Of a stretch of DNA of 64,000 bases, positions 13,644 through 30,509 are shown one piece after another (position 1 is the stretch's first letter; every line of letters starts with the position of its first letter). Under the pieces are notes generated by a model. The model had not been told where the DNA came from. It made no database searches and saw only the letters and a list, made by a program, of their open reading frames with translations. The position numbers and the translations under genes were made by a program. This DNA is from the human T2T-CHM13v2.0 reference genome, Homo sapiens: the NCBI RefSeq assembly GCF_009914755.1, contig NC_060934.1. One strand, given 5' to 3'.

Positions 13644-14363
13644 ATCTATTTGTGTGGAGGCGGGGACAAAAACACAAAAACAAAACCAAAACAGTGGTTT
13701 TCCTTACAAAGGGATTCACTAGAGAATTTTAATAAGAATGAGATTAACCATGAATTACATTGGATGGAGACGCAGCACAGGCTTGGATTTGGGGCTCTGC
13801 ACTTGACAACCTCCTGATGATTGTTGAGGTGGAACACTGAATGACTCCATTTCAAAAACAAACACAAAACCCCAGCAAAACTTTCATAGAATCAGGTTCC
13901 ATTCTGATCACACTGAATGACCATCCCCACATACACATTATATAACATTTCGACTACAAAAGCCGTATGATTGCAGAAATGATTGTTGAAAGACCTAGAA
14001 GAGGTTCTACAGAAGGTGTCCCAGCATCTTTGGAGATATCCATCCAGTATGTTTTCCTCACCATTTGTAGAAAGCCACTGGCATTTCAGAGTCAGATGGT
14101 TTTCAATTTGATTTGATTTTAGAAGACCCACTTGTAGCCGACCTGAGATACACGTATGACCAACATAAGCATGTTATAGGCCTTCAAAGTGCTTCTGAAT
14201 GACGGGTGAGGTTTATAAGTTTAGCATATGTTGTCAGGAATGTTAATAAAATCTTCATAGATTTTTTCTTTTACCCTTCGATCTTGCAGATTCTACGCCA
14301 TGCTCAAAGACTGAATGGGGGCCATAGGAGCTAAAGTGCAACATCATTTAAAAATATAATTAG

Positions 14364-14666
<303 letters not shown>

Positions 14667-16630
14667 TTCAAATCTATTAACCAATGGTCTTGGTTGTATA
14701 TCTATTGCCAGCTCTACTCATTTCTTTGACTTAAGCTTCTCTGACTCACCAGGGAAAAGAAAACGATGATGTTTCTGATCTTGCACAGGTAAGTTGACCT
14801 TTCATACAGTGTCACAGCAGGAAGAACCTGGCTTGTTCACTATTTTTATATGTTGGCATCTGCAGTCCGGTACAGTCTTGCTCAAAATTCATAATACACC
14901 CATAGCTAGAGTTCTGAGCCAATAGATTGTTATTTTTTTTGCTGAGAACATAAGTCATTTCTCAAGCCTTAATATATATCTACAACCTTGCTTCCTCTCC
15001 CTAATTCTGTAAACTACTTAGCATCTGGGAAAGCTGTAAAAACTTACTCTGTCTTCTCTTATTTCCTCTTTTCCTCTCTCCTTCTTTCTTTCTCTCATTG
15101 TAACTATATTCATGGCACTCCCGCAATGTTCTGTGAGAACTAAGGCTCTTGGATTCCACTGATATGAAAATTTAAGCATTAAATTCCTTTTTACAAGATT
15201 TTGAATAGTCTAGCCACAGCCTATTGTGGAAAAAACAACTTCCTCTCAAATAGAGTGCTGAGATAACGTAAGATTATCTAAGCTATAACCACCTTTCTCT
15301 GGAAGCATCAAAGATTGTCTTTTGTCTTATATTCTGGGAAAGCTTTCCCACTCAGCAAATGAGGCACCTTAACCTTCACATTCTATTTTTTTTTTCTTTT
15401 AAATTTATGGACACCATTTAGGGAGATTTCAATTCCCATTAATAATATGTGCAATTGATCTACATTTAAGAGAATTTAATCATGTCTTGGTGACAAATTT
15501 AGCTTAAAGCAGAGCTTCACTTAGGACTTCCAAGTAAATTTCCATTGAAAAGGTCAATTTCTAACATTTGTCAGTTAAAGCCCATACCAGACAAATTAAA
15601 TTCTCCTCCACTTGTCTGCTGCGTGAACACTTTCAATGCTGAATATCACCAGCGGTTGTCAATTAGGAAAACTGCCACCCTGCCCAAAAAAAATCATAAT
15701 TGAGAAGTTTTTAAAAGAAGACTTGAATGTTTATCCAATAGTTAGAATTTTTTTTCATACTAAAAAGTGATCTATCTCATAGTGGCAATGAAAAAACAAA
15801 ATAAAACACTGTCTTACTGGATTTTGAGTAAAATCAATTCAATGGTATAAGTATGTGAACATCTATTACTAGGAAAGAAGTCAGGGCAGGGCCTAAACCT
15901 TTACTGAAGCTTGAGTTTCACTGGGATACAAAAGCACCTGAGCAATTAGAAATTAACATGTAATCATCAAGGATAAAGACTGATAAAATCATGGATCCCT
16001 TGTTATACTGAAGACAGTGTGTGATTTTGGATAGTAGAAAATCTATGTTGTTTAGAATTTCTGTGGAAGGCTTTACAAAACAAGAAGGATATTGTAAATA
16101 GCCAATTTAGACAGATAAATAGAGGCTAAGTGCTACAATAATCATATAATTTTTTCTTCTTGCTTCTCTGTATTTTCTAATTTTCAACTGTATGTATGAT
16201 TTTTTTTAGAAATATAATAAAGTTTTTAAGGAGAAAATTGGGGGGGGGGAACTTGAAGAAAGGGGAAAGAAAAAATTAGTTTTCAATTTCCTCTAGTCAG
16301 CCTCAGATCAAATAGAACTGGATGTTCTGGTTTCTCTCCTTTTTGGATCTCAATTATTGAATGCTTCATAATTTAGTCTGAAGAAAAGAATTCATGGCCA
16401 AACATCTAAAAATGATTTTTGCCCATGAGGTCAGCAGCAAAGGAAAGAGATTTGGCAGGTCTTACAAGAACTCTTCTTTCATTGTTGCAGGAAACGTGAA
16501 CAACTAACAGGGCTATCTGGAGGACAGTGAAGGAACAGGCAGCCTCAGAATAGGGGAAGCAAGGATGCTCAATGTATGATTTACATGCGTATCTTCTAAT
16601 ATAGTGTAAGAAAAGGTAATGGTAGCCATG

Positions 16631-17321
<691 letters not shown>

Positions 17322-17834
17322 CCATGGTGGATTATTTTCTACATTATTTTCCTGGATTTCTTCCAGAAATTAGTAATTCTTAGTAATTCTTAGAATCAAA
17401 CATCACACACACACACACTCTCTGTTATCTTGGGTTGAGTGACAACACTAACTAAGCTGTCCCAAGATTATAGAGGAGGCTGTCTTTTCCAAGTACCCTG
17501 TGATTACTATCGATCTGTTCAGCTCATTGCAACTCAACCTTACCAGGCTGGTCAGGAAAGAAGGAAGAAGGATGGATGTTATTAAAGATCCTGAATACCT
17601 ACTCTGCAGGTATCATTCATTAGAAGTAAACTAAATGTACCAACATTCACACATACAGAAAAGCTATGCAGCAGATCCATTCTCTTTCTAGAATCCAGAC
17701 CCTATAATGCCATAAAGCTCAGACAGATTTAAGTGGAAGTTTCTACTGTGAAAGTGTAACATGGAAGTTCAAATGTATTAGACGATACAAATAACTGAGC
17801 AAAGGAAAGGCTAGAGTAGTTGTCTTCAGCAACC

Positions 17835-17960
17835 AGCAGTTATTTATTAAGCTATCATGTGCCCAGGACTATGCCAGGCACTAAGCAGAGAATGTTTAGA
17901 AAAAGAAGACCAGGGACCTAGAGACTGTGACCTTGAAAATATAATGGTCTTCATAAATGA
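17835..17960 (-). mobile_element. L2 3' end fragment
   Basis: 'tatttattaagctatcatgtgcc...tatgccaggcact'. Confidence 0.5.
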
Positions 17961-18420
17961 GAGTTGATGGCTTCTGAAACAGAGTAGAAATATCAATTAC
18001 AACAAGTCTTACCAACAGATTCATAAACACCAACAGAGTACCAGTGAAAGCACACATCAGTCACATGAGACAGTATTAATGTATTATCACTAATTAATAT
18101 TAATATATTGTTTAACAACTGGCCATAATTGTGCTTTTTCAATACATGTAATAACATTCAACAAATTGTTAAAACTAAGCAACTGTTGATACATTAAAAT
18201 GAAAATGACATTTAAAATATGTTAATGAATATTATTTTGAAACAATATCACTATTTGAACTTAGCAATAATTCACATCTTTACAGTATTTTGGGTTAAAA
18301 AATAGAAATCAAGATGGCAAAATCATGCCTGACATTCAGTAATTTTAGATGGATTAGAGAGTTATCAGAAAATGAAAAATGTTATTACTTTGGTATAGAG
18401 ACTATAAGTTCAAATATAAC

Positions 18421-18544
18421 CTCAGGAGGCTGAGGCAGGAGAATCACTTGAACCCAGGAGGCAGAGGTTGCAGTGAGCGGAGATCACGCCACTCTACTCC
18501 AGCCTACACGATGGAGCAAGACTCCATCTCAAAAATAAATAAAT
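18421..18544 (+). mobile_element. 5'-truncated AluS (part of right arm)
   Basis: TSD aaatataacctc at 18412-18423 and 18545-18556. Confidence 0.9.
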
Positions 18545-20289
18545 AAATATAACCTCCTAATAAAAAAGCATATATAAAGTGCTTAGAAAATAGCCTTTCA
18601 ATAAGTGGTAATTATTAGCAGTAAGACAAATAATTAGCTTAAAACATACTCCTGCACTGACAGTTACAGAATCACTCTTAAAAGGATCTAGTATTGAAGA
18701 CTTTGGAAATTTGCTTTCTTAAGCTACATTCTGTAATGTTTACATGACTATTATTTTTTCATTACAAATACATTGTTTTCTAACCTGTGGGCAACTTATT
18801 GATATACACAGTATTCTGTATTCTTTCTGTTGCATACAGATACACTCTAACTGAAGATGGAGTGACTACGTAGACAAAGCTGCAAACTGCATGCTCACCT
18901 GAACAGGTTACTCTTCCCTCTATCATTGACTTATTATGTAACATGAAGCAAATTCCAAATTCCCAACTCCTTGGGCCTTAGTCTTGCCAACTATAAATGG
19001 CGACAGTACTGGCTCCTCTCTGCAATCCATGGTGTCATACGGATAAGTGAAATAGAATCTGAGAACGTTCTTTGGGTTTTTATAGAAAAATATGGAACAC
19101 AAACTATTCTTCCATTCTTCAGAAGCTGATTTGAGGTAATAGTTTATAGAATAAATGGAAAAGAAAAAAAAGTAAAATACTATTGGCCCAATACAGAAGT
19201 TAAGTCTCAGGCCTTCTAACTTCATAGTCTCCTTATAAGATCAAACTGACTGAGGCTGCTCAACAATTGGAAGGTATTTGGTGCTGGTGCCTGTACATTA
19301 AGGAGGTTCGTGCCTTTAACATTTTTTTCATGATAGAAACAGCACTGGAAAAGAAGAAAATATCAAGACTATCATCAAAATAAGCAAAAGAACCAAGACG
19401 GCCCTATTTACCATAAAAGTAGGGTCAGTATTTAGCTAAGTACCTGGAAACCATAGATGACCAATAAATATTTCTTGAATGAAAGTTTTCTATCCTGGTT
19501 TTACTAGTGGGAAATCAATTAGCCTTGGTTACATTACATAAAATGAGGGTAGTAATAACGTGCCTTGTTGGCTTCACAGGTTTCTATTCCGTGACCAATT
19601 TAAGTGTCACTTCGATAACCATCTCAAATGGAAATAACCTACTCTCCAACTGGAATGAATATCCTATTTGCATGTCAAAAGATAAATATAACCAACAGTG
19701 CAAAGCATGAAATGGTATCTTATATCCTCAGATTGTAAGCTGGTAAGAGTAGGAGAATCTATGTCCTAGACCTTGCTCCAAACATTGTGCCAGCCACTGC
19801 AGGAATGGAACGGAGTTTACGCTGGATAAACTAATTAACCACAGATGTGAAAGCATCTGTAAAATTTGAAAGTATTTAAAATCACAAGGTGCGGTTTTAG
19901 AAAGGTTTATGTGACACAAAAAACTACTGGGAATAAAGATGTGAAAAACATCAAGGTCATTCCAATAAACGCTTTTTTTCAATAGGAGGTAAAATTTTTT
20001 GTAGAAAGAATACTTGTCTTTACTCAAAAGTATTCAGAAATTAGAAACAATTTTCTACAGGTTCACAGAAATACGGGGAAAGGCAAGTTGTTACTTTTTG
20101 AGATACTAGGTTAAGCATCCTCTTCTCTGGTTCCCCAGGCAGCCAAAAGCTTGGCAGAAAGCTCAATCTCCTTGCCTCAAGACACTTAGTGCCGTAATGG
20201 ACATACAACCTAGCCAATGCCCCTGCCAACTCTCTTTTCAGCACAGCACCAAGGAACCAAGAAAAACAGACAGCAATTGTAGGGCCTTA

Positions 20290-20435
20290 CCACCCCAAAT
20301 GTGCTCCACTGACCAGCAACAATGGCGTCACCTGGGAGCTCATTAGAAGTATAGACTCTCACACCATACACCATCCATAACAAAAGAGAGCCCCAGGTAA
20401 TTTGTGTGTCTATTAAGGTATAAAAAGCACTTCCC
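20290..20435 (+). mobile_element. MER5A (hAT-Charlie)
   Basis: 'gaccagcaacaatggcgtcacctgggagctcattagaagtatagactctca...ccccaggtaatttg'. Confidence 0.7.
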
Positions 20436-20940
<505 letters not shown>

Positions 20941-20954
<14 letters not shown>

Positions 20955-21125
20955 AGTGCAGCAGGCAATGGAACAACCTAAGGGTAAATTATCTGGGGTT
21001 TTTGTAAAAATACAGACTTCTGGGTTCTACCACAAACATAGTAAAGTTACCGGGATGGCAAGCAGAAGTCTGCATTTTAAATAATCACTCAAAGTGATTC
21101 TGATGCACAATTAATTTTATGCACT
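20941..21125. mobile_element. MER5-family fragment
   Basis: 'ttgtaaaaatacagacttctgggttctacc..gtctgcattttaaataatcactcaaagtgattctgatgcac'. Confidence 0.6.
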
Positions 21126-22457
21126 ATTCTTCCTTGTTGACTGAAAACCCTTGGCTATTTCCCTCCCATTTCCCTTTCTCACTGGGAACTCTGACATTTC
21201 AGGTTGTCTTTCTCTCCCTCTCCCCACTCACCATTTACAAAGATTGAACCTTTTTTTCTATCTCTAAATAATCTAGGGATTGTTTTCCTCTAATAAAATG
21301 GCTACACTCTTGATTAAGGAATGTGATAAGACTGCCATCAATTACCTTAATTGATCTGACAACCTGATTATACCTAGAAAGGGGAAAATTTCCTCAGTGG
21401 AGCCTTATTAAAAAGGAGAAAAAAAAACAAAGGTCTATATAATTAAAATGTGATCGCTAGCGATGAGTATGTAAAATCAGCCCTGAGAGGCATTAGTGAT
21501 GGGAAAACTTTTCTAAATGACATCTTAGGAAGACAAAGGAACAGAAACTGGTCAAATAAATCAGTGGGCTACTAGGGGAGAATGCTGAATAGAAACACAA
21601 GGGACTCGTCTCAATTCTTAAGTTACCAGAAGTTTTGAAATTAACAAATCCACTCGTGGCTTACGATGTAGAGAGCCCTAACATTGGCCCTGTTTGTACC
21701 TCTATGAACCAAAGTGGAATGTCAGTTACTGGCACCATTTGTGGTTTTACATTTATATACATACATTTTTTTTTTTTTAACTGGGAAATCATGCTAAAAG
21801 TAAAAGCTTGAGACCACATCTCAATAGGAATTGAATAAATAATCCTATGAAGCAGAGTTCAGAGCATCGATTCTACTTTATAGTAACCATGACAGCTCCA
21901 GCAAAAAGAGCAGCAAACAACATGTGTTCCTGATTCAAGGATAATTCCTCTAGTAGTATTTATGATACATTTTCTTCTCTGACTCACTCTTAGTGGAACA
22001 TATCTTCTGAATTTATCCCCTACTTGAGTAACCCCCAGGCCTTCAGGAACAGTAAAGCAACATGGTTCCCGTATTACTTTACATAACAAAAATATCTAGG
22101 TCCTAAGAGTGCTAAGAAACAGAATATTATTAATTAGGATGAACTGTCACACTGGAGTACTTGATGAAATTAATCAAGCTGATGATTGGTCTGGAGGGGA
22201 TAGGAAGCTGTTTTTATAGTGCACCTGTAAATTGTGCTAATAACCGGTGGCCCCTTAGAAATCTGAAGAAAAAGTATTTTTAGATGAACAACAAGTTAGC
22301 AAAAAGTTGATAGAGTGATCAGAATCAATGAAAATACCCCTTGTACAGTGAGTATTGAGTAGGTATCAAATATATGAATGAATGGACAGATTTGAGTTTC
22401 CTGTTCTCTTGACCTATGTCAAGACAACAAAGTAATCAGAAGTTTCAATGGGAATTC

Positions 22458-22617
22458 TTTTTTTTTTTTTGAGAAAAGACCTTGCTCTGTTGCCCTGGCT
22501 GAAGTGCAGTGGCATCACCATAGCTCACTATAACCTCGAATTCCTGGGCTCAAGTGATCCTCCCACTTTGGCCTTCCAAGTCACTGAGATTACAGGCATG
22601 AACCACGGCACCCTGCC
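22458..22617 (-). mobile_element. FLAM/AluJ monomer
   Basis: Single monomer with 'ctcgaattcctgggctcaagtgatcctcccac'. Confidence 0.85.
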
Positions 22618-23848
22618 AGGGATCTTCTTTAAACTGAGTATAATGATCCTCTTTGACAATTACACAGAATAAAGATTAAAAAAGACCAAAAGGAATCAGC
22701 ATCAAAGAAGATTTTTGTCTTAATTTAGGGCTTCAACTAAACCAATCCATTTTTAGTTTGATAAAGACATACAGGAGAATTAACAGGCTGTAGTTTTGAC
22801 AATCTACTCCCATGCCTAAATCACTTAAGAAATGTACTGTTCTTTCATTTCGTGTGAGGGTCCAGGGCTGGGGAGCAGGAGGTAAACCATTCCTTCTTCT
22901 ACCACAGCGTTCTCAATTGGGTAAGCATCAAAATTGCCTTAATTCTGACCAATTCACTCCAAATGTAACATTCTATGCCAGACTACATTTGCACGTGACC
23001 CTAAATATGCTTCACACAAAGCCTTCTCCATGTCTCAGAGCAAAGGTTCCTGGCATTTTATAACCTACATGAGTTTGCTACTAGGCTGATCTGCAGATGT
23101 GAAATTGAATGAAATGGACCGAGATTTCCCTTGAAGCCAAATCAAATGGGAACACGTGTCAACAAGTCACCAACACTCTTTGGTGACCCTAGAGTTAAAC
23201 AACGGTTCAAATAGGATTGCAACTGCAATCCACTTGTCTTATTCGTAAACAACCTTTTATTCTAAGTCACCTGGAGTTTGACTTAGTTTAAACAGATGTG
23301 GTTATTTACCTACTTCAAATAGTCTCTGGACAATGCCTTCCATCACAGCATATTAACTGGAAAGCTCAGCGACTGTGTAATTTTTATGCTCCACAGAACA
23401 CCTAGCACATTTCACTCTTCTGGGTAGGCACTTACCAAACTTTTTTCACAGTTCAAAGCTTTAAATTTGAATAACAAAGTTGTACATACATATATGTTGG
23501 GACTTTATCAAGACCCATGATTTATCCACCCATTTATTCATTCATTTATACATTCATTCTACTTATTTCACAATTTTTCATGAAGTCTTCTTTAGGCAAG
23601 ATGTAAATATAAATGAGGATAGTTCAACCCTGCCAGAGTTCATAGTGTGTAGTATTACTGGCCAAATAAAGAAGTCAAGTCTCCAGCCCTCTAACTTCTA
23701 CATGTCTCCAGATAAATTAAACTCCATTTACCAAAATAGGTTATCTAAGAACTGCACATTTCAAATGAAAAATTTTAACTGTATTTTTTATAGTGTCTAA
23801 AACTCACTCAATAAAATCACAGAAAAAAAAGAGGCATTTGGAAAGCCC

Positions 23849-24155
<307 letters not shown>

Positions 24156-24369
24156 TTGAAAACTTTTATCAATTGCCATTCCCCTATCATCACCCAAGCA
24201 TAGGGCTTTTGGTCACCTTCAATAAATACCTTCAAAAATAATAATGGATGAAGCCAACAAAAGGAATGAGAAACATTTGTTTTGATCTAAAACATTTAGT
24301 TTAGCTCAGATTTTATAACAACACATACATTTAACTATATTTATTTTTTATTCTTTTTTCCTTATTAGC

Positions 24370-24480
24370 CTATAAGCTCTCTGAGGGCAGGGGCTATGTA
24401 CTTCTCATAATTCATGTATTATCTGCACCTAGCACAATGCCTGGCATATATTACATGCAATAATTATGAAATAAATAAGT
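24370..24480 (+). mobile_element. L2 3' end
   Basis: 'tataagctctctgagggcagggg...cacctagcacaatgcctggcatat'. Confidence 0.7.
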
Positions 24481-24848
24481 TAATGATGAAATAAATCAAT
24501 GCGGTATAATTTTACACACCGAAAATTATAAACATCTCTAAACAGCTTTCAAATTAAAACATGATGTTGCCACATGTTGCATGCAAAAATTATTAGAAGG
24601 TTACTGCAGATCATTTCAGTGCATGAGGAAAGGTAATTTCTTTTTTCTTTTGTAGAAGATTCACAGGAAAAAAATGCAAGTGGAAAAAAATAGGAGAAAG
24701 AGTGGAGTTCAGCTCAAATGACAAACTAAACATTTTTATTCAATACTTCATAGCCTTCAAAAATGGATAATTATCCCTCCAGCTCTTCGGGCCAGCAGCA
24801 TGAGGTTGAATACATCATCAGTTCTGATATTAAAACATGAGTTTGCAA

Positions 24849-24867
24849 GTAAACAGGAAGTTTATCT
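24849..24867 (+). promoter_or_regulatory. Composite FOX:ETS site (GTAAACAGGAAGT) abutting a GATA site (TTATCT)
   Basis: 13-bp match to the FOXO::ETS composite consensus RTMAACAGGAAGT in non-repeat DNA; function untested. Confidence 0.45.
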
Positions 24868-25179
24868 TATAAAATGGAAGCTTTTTATTTGCACAGAAGT
24901 TTTTCATTAATAACAGAGATGGACTTTCAACTACTTACTACAGCTGTGGCTCTCTCCCTGACATATGGAGCTTCTTAAAAGAAAAAAAATACAAATTAGG
25001 AGAATTTTTCAGCAAATTCAATTCCTTTTCTCTCCCAGAGGGGTGGGTGGAAGCAGCAGGTGGCAAATTCGTTTTTATCTAATAACATTTGATCATGTGA
25101 CATATTTTATTTCCACAGTTGATGTAACTTAATGAACAGCAAATTGGGAAAATCCGTCAGCATGTAGGAAGTTAGTGGG

Positions 25180-25216
25180 GCATGTGTGCATGTGTGTGTG
25201 TGTGTGCGCGCGCGCA

Positions 25217-25262
<46 letters not shown>
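25180..25262. repeat. 83-bp uninterrupted purine-pyrimidine alternation, (TG)n with (CG)n core
   Basis: Direct reading. Confidence 0.95.
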
Positions 25263-25263
<1 letters not shown>

Positions 25264-25769
25264 GGAGAATAGAAAGGCCTCTGTGGTGCAGATAAGGGGA
25301 AAAGGTTGCTGTTACATGTTCTGGGTAGAAAACTTTTTTTTCTTTTTTTAAAGACATTAGTTCCAATCCATGTTGACAGCAGTCTAAAGGAATTATAAGG
25401 GCTAAACAGACCATCTTTATTAAATGAGATCTGGTGATCTCAGGCAGGTCCTAAAAGAAGTAGATATACAAAAATAAACCCCAAGGCTGACAGCAGAAAT
25501 GCTGGAGACCTCCATGGTAGAGTTATAAGTGCTGTGTGGAATAAACTCGCATAGCCAATGAAGGAAGATGAGGAACTGAGGAAGCCATCAATCTGACAGT
25601 TTCCACTAAGAAAAGCAGTTGCTCATGAGTTTCAAACAAGGTTATACTTAGTTTTAGGTACATGTAGTACCAGAAAAACAGGCTTTCTAAGCTGGTAAAA
25701 TAAAAAAAAGACTTGTTATTTTATCACATTGCTGACATTGCCAAGGATCCTAAATTCTAGAAGAAAGCC

Positions 25770-25930
25770 AGGAGTTCTGGCTAGTTCAGAAACAGTGTAA
25801 TCTTGAGTAAACAGTTTTGTCACAAGCCTTGGCTTTCTCAACTGACGGAATGGGGATAATGAGAGTAAACACATTATTTGGCATTTGAGAGGATTACATG
25901 AGTATTTTTTTGTAAGTACCCCAACATATT
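25770..25930 (+). mobile_element. MIR
   Basis: 'gtgtaatcttgagtaaac...gccttggctttctcaactgacggaatggggataat'. Confidence 0.6.
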
Positions 25931-26281
25931 AGCTTTTTTCATGATTGATATAAACCAGATGTCAACTGGGAGAATTCCTGATGAAGAAAACCAGGTAAAT
26001 TTGGCCTAGTCAAGCTTTCATACTGTACTCACCCTACTTCATCTGTCAGATGAGTGCTAAGACCTCACAGTTAGATGATTTCCTGCTCACCTTCCTCAAG
26101 TCCGTTTTGTGCTTTCTCTGTCCCTTCCCTTTGTAGCAGGGGTTTTGAAACATCTGGAATTCCTAGGAAATGATATGAAACAGCTGTGCTAGAGGTCCTC
26201 ACTTACCTTAGACCCTCATTAATTCTATGCATGACCTGTGATTTTTAGGTTTTGTTTAAAAGGTAAAAATAAATTGGAGAT

Positions 26282-27630
<1,349 letters not shown>

Positions 27631-27799
27631 TTAAAATGAACTTTGACACACTAGATCCACTCTCCCTGGAAACTTTCCCCAACTAAAGCACCAACCCATA
27701 ACATATTACAAATATTAACACTTTATATAACTGAAGCTCAGTGTTAGAGTTCACAGGGAGAGATGAAATGACTCAAGGTCACAGGTTCAGATGTTCTGA

Positions 27800-28133
<334 letters not shown>

Positions 28134-28282
28134 TGTTTTGTTTGTTTTTTAAAGGCAGGGTCTTGCTCTGTTGCCCAGGCTGGAGTGCAGTGGTGTCATC
28201 ACAGTTCTCTAGACTCAAGCAATCCTCCTGCCTCAACCTCCCAAAGTGCTGTGATTACAGGCATAAGCCACCATACCTGGCC
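28134..28282 (-). mobile_element. FLAM/AluJ monomer
   Basis: 'agactcaagcaatcctcctgcctc' monomer. Confidence 0.8.
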
Positions 28283-30509
28283 CCCAAAACTGTTTATGTG
28301 CATTGGTCCAGAAATGACAAAGGTTTTTAGAATTTATTGTCCATGATCAATTTGCTGTTGCCTTTTAGGATCCTCTATCTTTCAGCTTATCCTTAATGTG
28401 TGTCCTACATTAAAAAAAAGATATACCTTTTCTATTCACTTCTCCTTGGCCTGACATCTTAATATTTTACAATCCCATCATAAAAACATCAGCTTTTGTG
28501 GTTGGGTTTTTCCAACACCTCCATACCATTTCCACACTGGAAATTCACCTCTGGGTATCTGTGTGTGTACATGTATGTGTGCTTGTGTATGTGACTCAAA
28601 AGCCATTATTCCTTCCCAACACTCAAATTTCCTTTCAGGAAATTAACCTCTCTATCACTAAAAAAAAAAATGTCATGAATAGGGGCCAGAACTAAAGGGG
28701 CCAAAATCCTTGTCCTTCCACTATGCAGAGCCACAGAGTGAGACTGTAACCAACGCTTAGTCAATGGTACACGTGAGCTCAGGACTTTGAACTTTGAGAA
28801 ACATAAGAATGGAACAAACATTCGGTGTCTAGGCATTTGCTAAACAGCATCCTGACTTGTTAAGGTTCCTATTTTTCAGTCCTCTGGTGCAGCCTTGGCC
28901 ACTGGCCATTCCTTCGCTGGGACCCATGGCGATTCTGTAAACATCAGTTATCCTGCAGATAAATTCCCCTTCAGTGAAAACAGCCAGAGTGGATTGTTGT
29001 TGCTTTCAACTGGAAAACATTGCCTGACGATGTTTATTTCCACAGCTCTTTCAAAAGAGCAATGCCGTGGTTGTAATCTCAAGCTCTTAGGGCAATGTGA
29101 AATCCCCTTATTCTCCTGGTTCTATATGGAAAGGTTTTGAAACTGTCTCCATGTTTCTAATTCCAGTCTTGTCATTTTGCTCTTCAGATTTCTTTAAACC
29201 CATGCTGATCAGATACTGTTCTGCCCAATGATGTCCTAAAAACATCTATTAAAATAAACCCACTTACAGCAGAGCCTGCTAATCACCCTCCCACCTAATT
29301 AGATGTCTGACAGCCAACATCGGCAGGACTGCTGTCCTTCTGCTGGGCTTTCTATGCAGGAGTTTTACAGGTACATTAGGAACCAGTTAACCACCTGTGT
29401 CATAATCTTCTTCCTCTGTTTACTCACGAAAAGAGAACCATTTCAACCATTCCGAAATGAGCATGGCACTGGAAACCTCCCAGCATCAAACAAATGGCCA
29501 CTGTCACTGATCAAAAGATAATTTTTGCGTAGGGGGTCAGGGGTAGCTGTCAGGGTGCAAATCTAGGATACGCTGCTGAGAAGATGTAGGTGGTGTGGCT
29601 GACAGCAGCTGGAGCCAGACTTGTGGGGGAGTGGAAGACACAGGGCTGCCAGCCTGATTATATCATTCTCCTTATTCCCTCTTGGGTTTTCCTTATTTTT
29701 TCCCAAAGAAATAGCTCCTAATTGTAATGATCAATTCTGATGGTTCTTTTTCCATTCCAAGCCATTCATTGTTGCCTTTATCTTTATTATCTCCTTTTCC
29801 CACAAACCCAAAGGCCCATTTATTTATATTCTGTCCCCAGCTCCTAAGTAAAGGAACTCACTGCCTGGTCTTGACTTCTTTGGTCAGAATAGTGCTGGGT
29901 TTTGGCCTAATTTCTTTCTCTAGTTTATAGATTAATTGATTTTAGATTTACATGGTCCTTAGTGGTTTACCAGGTGGATTCTTACTCCATAAATCATTCA
30001 TTTCTCAAAATAATCTTTCCAGGTAGTGAAGGACCCATTCCAAAGTCCTACCAGTAGAACGTGGTAGTGCTGAGAACACAGAACCAAGCCATATTTTTTT
30101 CTGTAATAGTTATAAGCCAACCCTATTCTAACACATTTGCTCTTCCTGTCAGTCACATGAACCCAAGTGGCAGCCATGAAGTTCCCTCTCTGAATTCCTC
30201 ACTAAGCCCTGGGGATTTAACAATATGGGTTTGGCAAGAAAAGTAAAACATTCTCTATGTAGACTGAGAACTAAACTAGGCATTAATAGGAGAAGAGTAA
30301 GGGAAGGAATGGTGGATCCTAAAGAAAGATAAATAAGCAACATCCTGCCCTATTACATGTCCCAGTCCTCTCCCCTCAAAAGCGTCCAACTCTCTCTCCA
30401 GCACCCCATGTGGATAAGCTGCGGGACTATGAAGTCAGTTGTCTAGTCTGAAGTTCTAAAAATCATCCAGGGCTGCGCCATCTCACTTACTTCCTTTTCA
30501 TTCCACCTG

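Noticed and set aside
14062-14142. 81-nt minus-strand exon candidate
   Set aside because: Poor acceptor and no recognisable peptide.
25959-25994. Second 36-nt AG..GT interval (MSTGRIPDEENQ)
   Set aside because: No pyrimidine tract next to the acceptor and a weaker donor (gtaaat).
27769-27781. Overlapping AP-1 and ERR/SF1 motif (tgactcaaggtca)
   Set aside because: Lies in MIR-like sequence whose consensus already supplies caaggtca; weak evidence.
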